NCBI GenBank assembly: GCA_000004985.1
Contig: GG738846.1
DNA: 64,000 nt
DNA from: Naegleria gruberi
Lineage: Eukaryota
Strand: one strand, 5' to 3'
The translations under genes were made by a program, and so were the position numbers. The notes under the pieces are model-generated. The model ran no database searches. It saw only the letters and a program-made list of their open reading frames with translations, and was not told the origin of the DNA. Below are positions 1 to 11,171 of the stretch, piece after piece. Each line of letters opens with the position of its first letter. Position 1 is the stretch's first letter.

Positions 1-1040
1 GAAGGTCAGAAAATCCCTCAGATCCAAACTTCTTCCGTGGTTTTCTTTGTTTTTTCGGTTTTTCTTGACCTTCTTCCTCTTCTATTTGTTCCGCTTCTTT
101 TACTTCATTCTCAGGTTGTTTCTTTGAATTACCAAACATTTCCTCAACGACACAATTTTCCATATCATCCTGAATGTAGGGAAATAACTCAATTGGAGGT
201 CGCTCAGTATTCAGTGATTCCACTAAATGTGATACTTCCTCCTTATAGAATCCTTCCAATGTTGTTGTTGGAGTTTGAGTCTTATTGTAGAGAACTATTT
301 CTCTTGGACCAAACACTTTTTGTTGCCATTGCAGAACTGTCACAAAGGTCTTATATTCCGTCTCCTCTTCATCATCATCGTAGGGTTCTGCAGCACTATC
401 TCTTTGTTCCTTTCGTTCCTTGAAGCTTTTCTTTCCAATAACCATGTTGGTTCTCTTGATTGTGACTTTGATTTTCAAATTTTCAAAAGAATCTCTAGAA
501 TAGTACTGCACAGTTGATGTGTTACTCTTCAGTATCAGAAGGTCATTGTATTTTTCAAAAGGATTGGTTGCATCAGAGCTATAACTTGGAGATAACAGAT
601 TGAGCAATCTGAATTGAATCATAGAGAAGTTTGGAAGATAGGACGAAATTCCTGATGTAATATTTGAAAAGTTTCCAAATACTGAACCTGCAATTCCATT
701 AAAACATCCTCCCACCGAAGTACACATTCCACATAATCCACTTCCGAATTGGTTTAAAACTCCTCCCATACCAGGTTGCTGATATCTTGTAGCATTAGGA
801 TTGTTAATTACATTTTGTATGTGACTTCCGACTTGAACTTGGGCCATTGGTCCACTAGATTGTGATGATTGGGTTTGTCTCTGCACAACTACACTAGCTG
901 TTCTAGGTCGTTCATAGCTGGTAGTAGGCCTTAGTGATCCACTAGCTAATGAACCACTTGCTATTGGCCCCGAAGTCATTGGACGTTGCCTCACCATTGT
1001 TTGACCAATTGTTGGAGGTCTCTCATTCAATGGTACATCC
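1..1040 (-). CDS. Hypothetical protein, partial. The N-terminal ~345 aa lie in the window and the C-terminus runs off the window start.
   Basis: A manual minus-strand translation from ATG (rc of cat 1038-1040) reads MDVPLNERPPTIGQTMVRQRPMTSGPIAS...YDDDEEETEYKTFVTVLQWQQ... It shows no stop to position 1. It is absent from the ORF track because there is no in-window stop. The plus-strand ORFs 37..423 and 275..517 are antisense artefacts. No recognised domain. Confidence 0.45.
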
Positions 1041-1264
1041 ATCCTTGTATTTTTCTAATGATTTGTTTAATGATCGTGCGATGATGATTCCAAACAATAA
1101 ATCCTCCTGCTTTGGGTATTTTTTTTGAACTTGTAGACAAAAATGGCGCCAAATGTTGTTGCAGCTCTCATGTGCAAATAAATACAACACAAGGTTTATT
1201 ATTATTCATGTTCGAACTCGTATGGTAATTGTTTCCATTACTCTGTAGGAATCTATCACATTAT

Positions 1265-2919
1265 TTACTTGTTTTCATTATATTCAAAACTTAAACCCTT
1301 ATTTTGTCTAATTTTTTCCAAAGCATATTTCAAATTATCAATATTGGATTGAATTGTTCCTGTTAGTGTGAGTAGCTTATCTTCACTATCTAAAACGTCT
1401 ACTGAAAGTGTAAAAGGATTATATCGTAAAGCGAATGGTCGATTCAGTTTTGTGGAAGCAAATTTTCTCATTTGGTCTTTCATGGCATCAAAACTGTTGG
1501 CAACATAATAGACAGGTTGATAGGTTGTAATTGGATAGACATGATTACAGGCAACTTCTGGATCAAATGGTCTATATTCTGGTTTGTTTCCAGTTTTTAC
1601 ATCAATTCCATCAATACTATATTTCAATTCTCCAAAAGAGCTTAACAATCCAGCTCCATAAGCCTTATTTCTAGGAATACCATCTTTATCGTTTTGCACA
1701 CAAACTCCAAATTCAACTGTATACCAATAGAGTCTGACAAGTTTTTCAATATCTTCATCACTAGCTCCCAGAGATGCCAAACCAATTTGTTGACTGAAAT
1801 CAGCAAAATCAGAATCAGCAAATAATGGGGCGTGACCTAATAATTCATGTACAAGATCAGGTTCTATAGTATTTCATAAAATCATTGGTTAAGGTATTAA
1901 TCATTTGTGATAGATTAATGAAAGTACAATAGAATATTAATCCAAATTGAAAATGAAAAATCTAACCTACCTGGAGTATAGAAGGGAACAGAGTGATGAC
2001 GAATATATTGAGTACTGTGAAAAACTCTAAAAGCAAGTCCATTCAAGAAATCTCTTGCACTTTACAATCATGGAATGAGTAAAAAAATAGATACGAAACC
2101 TCTTACCTTAACAAACCACTCACTGGTCTCAAACGGAAACCAGTAACACCCTGTAAAAATTGGGAAACATCTTCCAATTGGGGAATGTTATTTTCAGAGT
2201 AGCCACAATTTTGCATAAGGAGTGGGAAAATGTAATTATATTGTTCACAAGCATAGGTTGGATAAAGTGCTGTTAATTCATTATAAATAATACGCCAGGT
2301 ATCAATTTCTGATTTTGCGTAGGCAACTTTTGGGATTGGTTCATTGATTTTATAAGTCTTGGCAATTTCTGCAATGTGTTTTCTTCTGTTACGATATTCG
2401 GAATCGGTAAATCCAGGCTGAAATAGAAACCTTTCGAAACAATGAAAATATTAACAAAACTTACATGATCAGATTCCAACTCTGCACCAGCTTCCAAAGT
2501 CTCAGATGAAAAGTAGTCAATATCCGATAATTTTCTTGGAAACCAAGGAATTGATTTTCCTCCCAACAATTTAACTTCATTGCAATATTTAGATTGTTTT
2601 AATTCAGTGATGGCCTTGTCGAGTTGTTCATTGGAAACGTCTTCATCAACATCAACAACAAAGTTAAACACTTCTTTAGAGTGACGTACAGGTCTGATTT
2701 GCAGATAAATTAAATTTACAGTTGATTCTTTAAAACCTACTTGGATTCAATTTTTGTTAAATTGACTTTGTTTCGGGAGAGAACATCAAGTGATGATTTT
2801 AATGTTCCAACACTGTGGGAGAGAGTTAAAAAGAGAGAACGATGATTTACCATGATGTGATTATAAAAGGAGTGGTAAAAGATGAGATTTTTTTTGTTGT
2901 TTTGTTTTTTACCAGACAC
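1265..2919 (-). CDS. pah: Phenylalanine-4-hydroxylase (biopterin-dependent aromatic amino acid hydroxylase), multi-exon.
   Basis: The C-terminal exon 1265..~1860 reads ...[50 protein letters not shown]..., matching the catalytic-core motifs of PAH/TH/TPH. Upstream exons carry [12 protein letters not shown] and ACT-domain-like [24 protein letters not shown] (2737..2919). An intron at ~1861-1967 is visible (GTAGGTTAG...TACTATAG). Exact exon boundaries in 1970-2740 were not resolved. Confidence 0.85.
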
Positions 2920-3037
2920 AAAAGGATCTTGCGGAGAAGAGTTGTGCTTCTTTGTAAACTTTGGTTCAGTTTATTAAAGCCCTAAGGACAATGTTTTGGC
3001 GGCCATATTAGAGTAGTTATTAATTGAGGACGCATAT

Positions 3038-5161
3038 TTACATTTCTTCAAATTCCTCATTTCTTAGTGGTGTCTTTTTACTTCTTGGTGAAGTTGTAAT
3101 GAAATTGTTATTCGATGAGGAGAGGTAAGGTCTGATTAGTTCCTCAATTTTTTCATCATCTTCATCTTCATCGTAGTTTTCCTCCTCCACTTGGTGATAT
3201 CTTTGATAATGGTGGTTCATATTTGAAATATTTACATGGTGAGAATCTTGGTCATCACTGTCAAGCTCAACATCACTTCCAAGATCTTCAGGTTCTGCTT
3301 GCTTTTCCTCAAATAAAAGACTGTCTTGAAGTTGCGAATTCTCGACACCTTCTTGATAGTATTGCAGGGATTCCTCCATTTCATGGTCTCTTCTTGAGCT
3401 TGACATTTGTTTTTGTCTGTAAAAATCCACAGTATCTTTCAGATTTTGATTGTCAATCTTCAAAGAGTTCAAACATTCCAATAAGATTTCATTTTCTTTG
3501 GCAATGCTATTGTTCACTTCTTCTACATTAGTTAATTGTTTGATTTTCTCCTTTAGTAAATCATTCTCTCCTTCAACAAAACTAAGCTTGCCTTGAATTT
3601 CTGCAACCTTCTTGAAAATCACTTCCTCACGTTCTTCACTCTCTGATTCTTTTGATTTCTTGTTTGCAATCTCATTCTTAATGGTAAATCCAAGCTGCTC
3701 ACATTCTGCTTCCTTCTTTCTAAGAGCTTCAGAGAATCGGTCAATAACTGATTGTTTTTCTGCTAGATCCCTGCCAAGTCTTTCTATTTGGTATTGTTTT
3801 TCACGATCTTGTTTCTCTGCTTCCCTTCTGGAGAGATTGATTTCCTCTTGTTTTTTGAAAATTTCCTTTTCCACTTCAGTTTCGAGTATCGCCTTTTCAT
3901 TTTCGAGTTGAGTAATCTTCTTTTCCATGCCAAGAATTTGTTGAGAGGATGCCTGAGCTTTTTGAGTTTCTTTTTGTACTGTTTTTTCTGCCTTTTGTAA
4001 ATCCTTTGTAAGTTTTTCAATCCTAGATTCCATCTTTTGTTGGCTTTGTAGTAATTCAACCTTTAATCTCTGCTCAACTATTAAAAGGTCCTCCTTTTCC
4101 TTACTGAGATGATTGACACTTTGTTGAATCAAGACATTTTGAGTTTTTTGTTCAGATAGGGTTTCTTGGAGAGAGTCAATTTTTGATTTGTAGAATTTTT
4201 CTCTTTGAGTTGAATTTTGTAATTGAGTTTGAATAGCAAGGTTCTTTTGTTGCAAATCATCAAATTGAGCGATGGTTTCCTCAAGAGCTGCAATTTGTTT
4301 TTTAAAATGGGTAAGTATTTGATCGTGTCTATTCTTTTCTTTTTCAATATGTCGTGCAAGCTTTCCTACCTTTTCGTCGTGTCTCTCTTGCATTTCACGA
4401 AGTACATCTTGGTGTTGTTCAATAATTCTTTGGGTATTTTTCTTTTCATCCTGTAATTGATCTTGAATATTAGCCATAGCCATTTTTACTTCATGAATCT
4501 CATTGAGATATTCCTCACATTGATTCTTCTTTTGGCCCAACTCTTTGTTGATATCTATGATTGATTGTGTCTTTTCCTTGTTAGATTTTTCCAAATCCTT
4601 ATTCATTGATTCCAATACTCCTTTACTTTCAATAAGATTCTTCTCTCTATGTTCACTCAAATCTAGTTGGGATTGAACTTCCTCTAGTTGATGCTGAAGA
4701 TTTCTAATTTCCTCAAGAAGTTCTCTTTCTTTCACTCTCCTTCTTTCGCATTCTTGATCCAATTCATTTCTACTCACTCTTAACTTGTGCTCCAAATCTC
4801 TCACTTGGTCATTAGAATACTGAAGCTTGACAGCATAATTTCCAACATTATCTTGGAGTTGGGATATCTTTACAGACATTCTTTGATTACTTTCTCTTAT
4901 TAACTTGGCTTCATCTTCCTCATAAGTATTTGAATACCAATTGTTTTTGTCCATCACACCAGATTTTTGATTCACATCGGAATATCCAAAGTGTGGAGAT
5001 CTTCCTTTCATTGGTGGAGAAAGATTGGAGAGTGAAGAATTCATGGTGAAACTAGCTGATGAAGGAGAGGCCTGAATATTATTAACCATGGATTTCAAGT
5101 TGTTAATCCTCTCATTAAGCTCCCTCGCTGTATTTGCCGTTGAATGGTTGCTTGTGTTCAT
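3038..5161 (-). CDS. Long coiled-coil protein (707 aa, E/K/Q/L-rich heptad repeats, acidic C-terminus).
   Basis: A single uninterrupted 2.1 kb ORF with an A-rich leader before the ATG at 5161. Composition is typical of myosin-tail or golgin-like coiled coils. There is no enzymatic motif. The nested ORFs 3223..3531, 3612..3911, 3784..4059 and others are frame artefacts of low-complexity sequence. Confidence 0.7.
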   Translation of the reverse strand: MNTSNHSTANTARELNERINNLKSMVNNIQASPSSASFTMNSSLSNLSPPMKGRSPHFGYSDVNQKSGVMDKNNWYSNTYEEDEAKLIRESNQRMSVKISQLQDNVGNYAVKLQYSNDQVRDLEHKLRVSRNELDQECERRRVKERELLEEIRNLQHQLEEVQSQLDLSEHREKNLIESKGVLESMNKDLEKSNKEKTQSIIDINKELGQKKNQCEEYLNEIHEVKMAMANIQDQLQDEKKNTQRIIEQHQDVLREMQERHDEKVGKLARHIEKEKNRHDQILTHFKKQIAALEETIAQFDDLQQKNLAIQTQLQNSTQREKFYKSKIDSLQETLSEQKTQNVLIQQSVNHLSKEKEDLLIVEQRLKVELLQSQQKMESRIEKLTKDLQKAEKTVQKETQKAQASSQQILGMEKKITQLENEKAILETEVEKEIFKKQEEINLSRREAEKQDREKQYQIERLGRDLAEKQSVIDRFSEALRKKEAECEQLGFTIKNEIANKKSKESESEEREEVIFKKVAEIQGKLSFVEGENDLLKEKIKQLTNVEEVNNSIAKENEILLECLNSLKIDNQNLKDTVDFYRQKQMSSSRRDHEMEESLQYYQEGVENSQLQDSLLFEEKQAEPEDLGSDVELDSDDQDSHHVNISNMNHHYQRYHQVEEENYDEDEDDEKIEELIRPYLSSSNNNFITTSPRSKKTPLRNEEFEEM

Positions 5162-5269
5162 TTTTTTGAATTTAAAATTAAGGCGCCATTTTTTTAACAG
5201 CCTTTTAACGAGTCGTATTTAAGCAATAAATCAAACTCTTGCAAGTATTTTATTCATAAAGATTAAAAA

Positions 5270-6301
5270 TTATATGATTTGTTTAGTATTATAGCTGGCA
5301 CAGTTTGAACATTTCATTCCAAAGACATGGAAATCAGCTTCACCCTTATTCAAGCATTCATTACAAAGTATATTAACCTTCTTTCTAAATTCTTGTGGCA
5401 TGGGAGAGTTTTGAATTTCTCTATCCATTAATTCAGTATCAATATCAACCATGTATTTTTGGCATAGTGGACAATTGTAAACTCGGTTTTTAAGCATGGA
5501 TTTGAAGCAACTAGAGTGCATTGGATGACCACACTTTAATAAGTGAACACTACTCGTTGAAGAAAAGAGATTTTCCAAACAAACAGGACAATTCGAATGC
5601 ATTGAATTTGGAATACATTTGTGACTTGGAGCCATACAAGCTCCACAAGTGTAACAATGAATAAATTGCTCTCTCTTTCCAATTCTACAAATTTTGCAAC
5701 CCTAATAATAATAATAATTCACACAGAGTCATTAAATTGATAAAATAAATTATTGACATACCTCACAATGATAAATTGAACGATTTTTATCGTTACTATA
5801 AATGTGACAAATTGTGCAAGAATAAAATTCTCCAAATTGGGTATTACAATTTGGATTTTCACAAATTACATTATCACTTGACTGTTCCAACTGACATCTC
5901 ATACATTTAATTCTTTCCACAGAATATCTATCCATTTGTTCAACTTTACATTTACATTTCTGGAATGCCTCTGCATCATGGCACAATCTACACCAATAAA
6001 ACTCCTTACAGCATGGTGATTGAATCATACAATTATGAGGATAGTGTGAACAACCCAAATCAGTTGAATAAGTTTTAGTATCTAACCCTTCCGAAGAATT
6101 TTCCTCTTGTTTTTCCTCCTCAGTTTCATCCTCCTCTATTGATACATCGTCATCATAATGATCGGAACCATCAATACTTTCCCAATCCTCTTCATTGTCC
6201 TCCTCCGCATTTTCGCCTTGTTGTTGTTGTTGTGGGGTGGTATCTTCTTCGTTGTGTTCTGCCATGTTGTTGTGTTGTTCTTCTTCACTCATTTTTTTCA
6301 A
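5270..6301 (-). CDS. CHY zinc-finger plus RING-H2 E3 ubiquitin ligase (RCHY1/Pirh2-like), two exons.
   Basis: Exon 1 (6301..~5758) has an acidic, Q-rich N-terminus followed by the CHY finger CSHYPHNCMIQSPCCKEFYWCRLCHDAE...YHCEVCQ. A ~50 nt intron (GTATGTCAAT...TATTATTAG, ~5707-5757) follows. Exon 2 reads GCKICRIGKREQFIHCYTCGACM...CPVCLENLFSS...LKCGHPMHSSCF...CPLCQ, which is CTCHY, RING-H2 and a zinc ribbon. Confidence 0.8.
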
Positions 6302-6582
6302 ACTTAATTTTCATTGTTTATTCGATTTAATTTTATTAGATTTTTAAATAACGATGCAAATTAGATTTATTTGAATATGAAGATCTCATGATTGATTTAT
6401 TCTTCAGATCAAACTGAACCATTGAGACAGACGAGCGAGAGAAACCAACAAAATTTAGAATTTTTAGAAAAATTAGAAAAAAATCCTCCCTTTCTCTTCT
6501 TCAACATCGCAACACTTGTCGTACTACTCACTCGTCGACACAACATCAGAAAACGATCGGATTGTGCAATAATTGGACGAGT

Positions 6583-9500
6583 CATGAGAGAGACACAACA
6601 TTTAATTGTAGAGACAGATAATGGTGGATTTCATATTATTAGCTCTCTTTCAAGAAGAAGAGACACACAAATAATAACTATCGAAAAGTATACTGGACAA
6701 TTGTTGTATACAGGTCATCCGGGTGTAGATCTTTTCTATTCTCCTCAAGATGCTCTCAAATTTCTGTCCAAAGATAAGAAGAATATAAAGAATGTAACGT
6801 AGGTAGTTTAAATAGAATGCAAGCATCATCATTACATTGACTATATAGAAAATGTCACTCAATCATTGGTTATACAGTAATTGGATCTTGTGGCTATTTA
6901 TTTATTTGTACAAAAGTTAGTTTGGATTTGGTACTTCCACCTAATCATCATGTTTATACAATAAGAGAAACTGAGACAATAACAATTCCACTCACCTATC
7001 CTCATCGTATCACTAAAGCAGAGGTTAAAAATTGTGAATTAATGACAGAGTTCCAATTGAAAGGCCTACATTTCTATTGTGAAACATATGACCTGACAAG
7101 ACCATTCCCATCAACCCATTCTCCCCAAGATTATACGGAAGAATTTTGTTGGAATATTCACTTGACGGAGAGTTTTAGAAAAATTAGAATGAGAAGTTGG
7201 TGTTGTGTTTTACTCCAAGGTGTTGCTAGATCATCAGGACCTGTCAAATGTAAAGAGAAGGATGAATATATTTTAAAAAGAGGAAGAGAAGCCCTTCTCA
7301 ATTTTAATGAACTATTAGATTCTGCCGAGGAGGTCAATTCTACTGAATCTATCGGTAATGTGAATTTGGCAATTATTTGTAGAAAGAGTTGCCTCAATCC
7401 AGGAACAAGATACAATGCAAGAGGATTGAATGACAAGTCAAGTCCTGGTAATGAATATGAATCAGAACAAATTTTATGGAGATCATATAATGGAAACATA
7501 ATGTTTAGTACTTTTGTTTGGAGAAGAGGCACTGTTCCTATCCACTGGAGAAGTGAACTCAATAATGCAGTACAAGATGCAAGTATTATCATTTCTGACA
7601 AACCCTATGAAAACATTGATGTATACTATAAGAGAATTGTTGATAGGTACAATAATCAACCTATCACTATTATTAATTTACTTCGTTCAAAAGAAATTCA
7701 CCCAGAAGAAGGAAATTTGACTCATCATTTTAGAGAATCCTTAAAGGTTGTTAAAAAGTTGATGGCCATAGATCAATTGGAAATGTTAGAATTTGATTGG
7801 CACACTCTTCATAAAACCGATGGTACTGAGAAAGCTGTAAAAAAGTTGTGGACCCTCGTTTCTCCAAAGTTAAGAGGTGCTGGTGTAACAACTGGTATAA
7901 TGAGAGTTTCATCTCATGGAACTGTTGTAGATATGAAGCTGTGGAAAAAACAAAGTGGTATTGTAAGAGTGAATTGTGCAGACTCTCTCGATAGAACCAA
8001 TCTCATTTGTTTTTTCAATTCCATTCAAGTTTTGGCAGAACAGTGTCGTCAACTTGGTGTTTCGCTTTGTGATCCATCAGGTGACTTTTCTGAGAGTTGG
8101 AAGAGTTTGGACTATACTCTTCAACAGGTAAAGGATGAGTTTGACTCTACTCTCCTTCTCAAATTGGCAGAAATTTATGTAAATGTTGGAGATGTATGTG
8201 CCACTCTTTATACTAATACGGTTGCAATGCATACTTCACCAATGCGTGAGTTTGCTCAACACTTAGGAGCTGCTCCTAACAATACCAAGCTCATTGTGGA
8301 GAGAAGAATTCAAAATGTTCTCAAGGACAAAATTCGTCAACAACAATACGAAATGTTTTTGGGTTTGAACTTGTCCAGATACTTTCCATCACATATTGTC
8401 AATACCAAGTATGGAGAATTGAGATATGTGAGTCACTATCCAACATTTATCTTTAAATCAGTTCCAAAAGAAATTCCATACAAGACAACAGAAGAGAGAG
8501 CTTTGATAAGAAGTGGATTTTCTCATCATTGGATTTGTCCAAGAGATTTTGATTTTATTGAAGTTCAAATTTACTTGCCATTCTATTGTAGAGTGACAGA
8601 GCTTGCTCTCACTATTAGACACGGTCTCAATGATTCAACTTCTCCTTCCAAGATGGATGTATTTGTTGGTACTCACCTTGATGATTGCCTTGTTGGTTTC
8701 CAAGAGCTTAACATTCCACGTTGTGAAGATGGAACTAAACTGATTTATACTTTACCTCCTCAAATTTCAGGAATTCCTGAAAACTCATCACTCTACGATT
8801 TTGAGGGAAGTGATGCAAGTTCAAAGATGAGAGTTGTAAGAATAATATTCTATGGCATCCCTCCTTGTAGTTGCATGACCATGGGTCAGATTCAAGTATT
8901 TGGTTCAGTTGACACACTTCTCAATCCATCTCAATCACCTAAGGAGTTTTATTTGGAACTTTTAAAGGCATCCTCTCAAAACGAAGTAGAACAAGTTCTG
9001 GATAATCTTGAAAAACAACAAGTTGAAGTTTCTAGAAGAAAAGCTGAGGAAATCAAGGTATTGGAAAAACAAGTTGAGAGGGAAGAAGAGGTCGAACGTA
9101 ATGAATCCTCCTTCAGTGACATTATTAAGGATGGTACAGCAGTTGAATTCACACAGGACCAAGAAGAAGAAGGAAGCAATACCGCTATTAGCTCCACAAG
9201 TAGTAGTAGTGTACCTACTAGCATTGTTGCCACTGACAATCCACAAAATGCCATTCTCATCGAAGATGTAACAAGCCAAGCCAAGATTAATGCCAATGCT
9301 TTGGATTCTATATTTGATGACTATTTTGAGAAGAGCAGAGAAAGTGGTACTGAAAGTTTGGAAAACTTCCTTCAAACCTCCAAATCAAACACTACTGCTA
9401 TCAAACTTGATGTCAAAGATAAACTGATAGAAATGATTAACAACCAGGATGAAACTTTGAGAGCTCTCAGAAATGACAAGTCGAGATCCCTTGAAAAGTA

Positions 9501-11016
9501 CTACAAGTTTGTACAAACCAAGGTTCCTACTACAACCTCAGAGATGAATTTTACAGACTCTTTAGAGTTGGAACTTGCTAGATTGAAGCTCTATATCAGT
9601 CCTCACGAAAGAGATAATCTTTTGGTAGAGAATAACTATAAGATTGACAAGTTCGATCCAAATCAATATATATATACCAGAGATTCCAAAGTAGAGAAAT
9701 CTATTAGAAAATCTATGGAAACCTCCACCTGTTCCATGTGTAAGACCAGCATCAAGCTGAGAAAATCTTCATGCCGCTACTGTAGACACTCATTCTGTAA
9801 AAACTGCATGTCCAAGTCAAAGTGTGAAATTATTGAATTCAACTGGAAGAATCCTTCATCAGTATGTATTGAATGCTCATCAACAATTGCCAAGCAAAAG
9901 GAAATGATTTCTGAAATTCAAGAACATATCACAATAGAATCTGGAAAATCCAAGCTTGCAACCAAGAATATTACTAGACTTTTTACTGAGCTCTATCCAC
10001 CAATTTCCCAATCAAGAAAAATGATGAAAAAACACGAGAAGGAAACCCTATGTTCAGAATTTCCAAGTAGTGGTATTTTAAGTTCTGTAGACACAGCTGC
10101 CAATTCACCACCAATAGAATCAATTCTCTTCCCACCTGACATTTTACCTTTGGAATATTGGTATGCCCCTCCTGGTATTGATACAGTTACCATCATTATT
10201 CTTTTACAATCATATGCTAAATTATCCAAGATGGTTCTTTTGGTTGACCAATTAGGTTACACACAGGATGATGCTCCAATATTTGATATTGCCATCGGTG
10301 AGAGGTTACCAACGTTTAAAAACATCACTAAATGGACTTTGGAAGCATCTAAAGCAAATGAAATGTTAGAATTCTCTTTCAATGGAGAGGGAACATCCAA
10401 CAATACTGACTTGTGTAGATTGGTAAGACTTACTGTAAAATTACCAGAAAGAGATCCATCTAACACTTCACCTCGTATTTTGCACATTGGAAGAATTTTA
10501 CTCTATGGAAAGGTTAATGATGATTCCTCTTCTCATCATGGTAATGATGCCTTAGAGACACTTGCTCCTAAGGAGCAGCAATATTTGGACGAAATACTTC
10601 GTGCCAAACCAACCATTCAAAGAGTTCAACTCAAGACTGAATCTAAATATGTTAAGGAGAGCAATTGCATTGATGTATCGTTGGCAGAAGTTGGAACCGT
10701 AGTGTCTGGCTTTAGAATTAACCTCACTCATACACAAGACACTATTCACTCACAAGTCAAACATATCAGAGTTAGCTTTTTATATGGTGAAAATGAAAAG
10801 AGTCTTGATGTTGCCTCACAAGTAATTGTTGAGAAAATTACTGTACCAAAGGTAGAACCAGGTGCTTCTCTCATTTTTGAATTTAATAAGAATTTCAACG
10901 TGGCTGTCAAGTTGGTAAGATTTGAGTTTTTGTCTAGTAAGTATTTTCTTTTCCAAATAATAATATTAATCATTCTTTTTATAATTCATTTGAACAGCTT
11001 ATGGATGTCATGTTAA
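6583..11016 (+). CDS. Large SAC-domain phosphoinositide phosphatase (~1450 aa) with a FYVE/RING-like Cys cluster and Ser/Thr-rich linkers.
   Basis: The Sac catalytic motif CX5R(T/S) is present as RVNCADSLDRTNLICFF, plus flanking Sac-domain blocks. A Sac-like N-terminal exon sits in ORF 6392..6802 (MRETQHLIVETDNGGFHIIS...). The Zn cluster is CSMCKTSIKLRKSSCRYCRHSFCKNCMS...CIECS. A terminal intron at 10938-10998 (GTAAGTATTTTC...TTGAACAG) gives the end ...VRFEFLSSLWMSC*. The junction between exon 1 and the 6922 exon could not be phased unambiguously. Confidence 0.75.
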
Positions 11017-11171
11017 TGATATTTCAATTCCTCAAATTTTCCTATTCTCAAACACTGTCCAATAAATTATTTATTTATTATTTTTGTTAACTAGAAAATA
11101 TTGTAACGTTCATATGAAATTTTCCCCACGAACAAATCAAAACAAATTGAATGACTGAAATTACAGATTTA

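Noticed and set aside
3223-4456. Several 70-100 aa ORFs on both strands (3223..3531, 3612..3911, 3784..4059, 3788..4000, 4129..4359, 4223..4456).
   Set aside because: All are nested inside the 707-aa coiled-coil CDS. Its K/E/L-rich codons give stop-poor alternative frames, and no independent signals are present.
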